Assembly (NCBI GenBank): GCA_051294375.1
Contig: CM119269.1
Span: 4,295,401-4,359,400 of the forward strand
Source: Paraspadella gotoi
Lineage: Eukaryota; Animalia; Chaetognatha
Direction: 5' to 3'
Length of the DNA: 64,000 bases
The number at the start of each line of letters is the position of its first letter. Positions within the stretch are counted from its first letter, which is position 1. A program made the position numbers and the translations under genes. The notes beneath the pieces are model-generated. The model was given only the letters and a program-made list of their open reading frames with translations, was not told the origin of the DNA and did no database searches. This document shows, in pieces, positions 62,629 through 64,000 of the stretch.

Positions 62629-63409
62629 TTTCTTAAGTCGTTCTCCCACAACCATTGATTAGAAACGCCAGTTTAATAAAACAAAGATAATCAATGTTTT
62701 GTCTTCAATGTTTATCCTCTTGTTGAAATTGTTTTAAATGTTGATCTAATACTATATCTGTTAAAACACGCTCTTACTTTGGTTACGACTATTGATGTTT
62801 TTATAAATATAGAATACTAAGATTTCGTTTTAATAGACATACGATCGATTTTACGCTTACGTTGTATCGCTTGTTTGTTTCGTGGTTGGATGTGGTCCTT
62901 TTAAGATTTTTATTATTTTAATGTCACGCAATTATACTGTATTGAATTTCAATTTTAATACAATAATCTCCTAATTTTTTTACACGCTGGTTTGATTTTT
63001 CATGTGATTTTTTATAATAGATTATTGTCATATTTTTTATTGAAACGGAAACGATGTTGACGAATGATAATGGGATCCAGGAAGAAAAATGGAGAGGGAA
63101 AGAGAGAGTCAAGAGAGAGAGAGAGAGAGAGAGAACCTGTTTCACTAATTGATTATACTTCTTTTTATTTTATATTAAATGTAAATGCAAGATGTATTAA
63201 TTAATCAAATAATTAATTAGTTTTATTAATAAATTAGTCAATTAAAAAATCAAATTAATTAATCATTAAAAAAAATGAGGAATTTGCCAAAAAGAGGAAT
63301 CGATATGGATAAAGGAAAAGGATCAGAGGAGAAATGGAGGAAAGTAGAAGAAAAAAAAATGGCGGGGAAAGAAATAAAGGAAGAGAGAAAATAAGAGTGT
63401 GAAAAAAGG

Positions 63410-63640
63410 GGAAGGAAGGGTAGGAGATAGTAAGAGAAAGGAGGAAGGAAAGGAGAGAGAGATAAAGAGAAAAGAGGAAGGAAAGGAAAGAGAGAGTAAG
63501 AGAAAAGAGGAAGGAAAAGAAAAAGAGAGTAAGAAAAAAGAGAAAGAAGGGAAAAAGAGAGTAAGAGAAAAGAGGAAGGAAAGGAAAAAGAGAGTAAGAG
63601 AAAAGAGGAAAGAAAGGAAAAAGAGAGTAAGAGAAAAGAG
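63410..63640. repeat. Purine-rich ~30-bp tandem repeat
   Basis: AGAGAGTAAGAGAAAAGAGGAAGGAAAGGAAA-like units repeated about 7 times. Confidence 0.85.
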
Positions 63641-64000
63641 ACTGGTTGTTTTTAAAGTTTTTATCTCTTTTTAAATAGGAAAAGTCGTTTGCCGGTTTTT
63701 TTAAGAGAGGAACCGATAAGAAAAAAAGGAAGGAAAATTGTTGCAGGAAAAAATTTGGAGGAAATAATATGATAAAATAGAAACCCAAAAAAAGAAAAGG
63801 AAAATAAAGAGATAAGAATAGATAACTTAACTTAACACGACGGTAATGATATCAATTATTATCGAGGCATGACTCAAATGCTGACTCAAAGAAGAGAAAA
63901 ACAAGCCAACATTAAGAAAATATTATGGAACCTTTTTGTTAAAAAATAAAATAAAGGAGGTGAGCTACCTTATATTGTGAGCAAATGTTATCAAGATTAC

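Overview
This is a eukaryotic draft scaffold, probably from an invertebrate animal. It is AT-rich, dense in (GA)n, (ACG)n and (GAAA)n microsatellites, and has 13 N-gaps and clear long-read-type indel noise. Most ORFs in the supplied track are microsatellite or gap artefacts. Supported content: (1) a convergent tRNA-Arg(ACG)/tRNA-Gln(CTG) pair, with a noisy inverted copy; (2) a cluster of + strand coding segments at 25-32.4 kb, comprising a signal peptide + BPI/LBP(TULIP)-like region + Cys-motif exon pair, a second Cys-motif + TM exon and two multipass membrane exons; (3) the 3' half of a spliced class A peptide-type GPCR at 57.4-62.6 kb, with a 22-nt microexon; (4) mobile-element remnants, namely an RTE-like LINE end, a GC-ended TIR element, two Helentron-associated-like elements, a tRNA-derived SINE and a Penelope-type hairpin containing a hammerhead ribozyme core; (5) two sets of inverted duplications whose segments lie in reversed order, most likely assembly or amplification artefacts. 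The best novelty candidate is a possible TULIP-ectodomain/multipass-membrane protein. All family calls come from motif recognition by eye and no database search was run.
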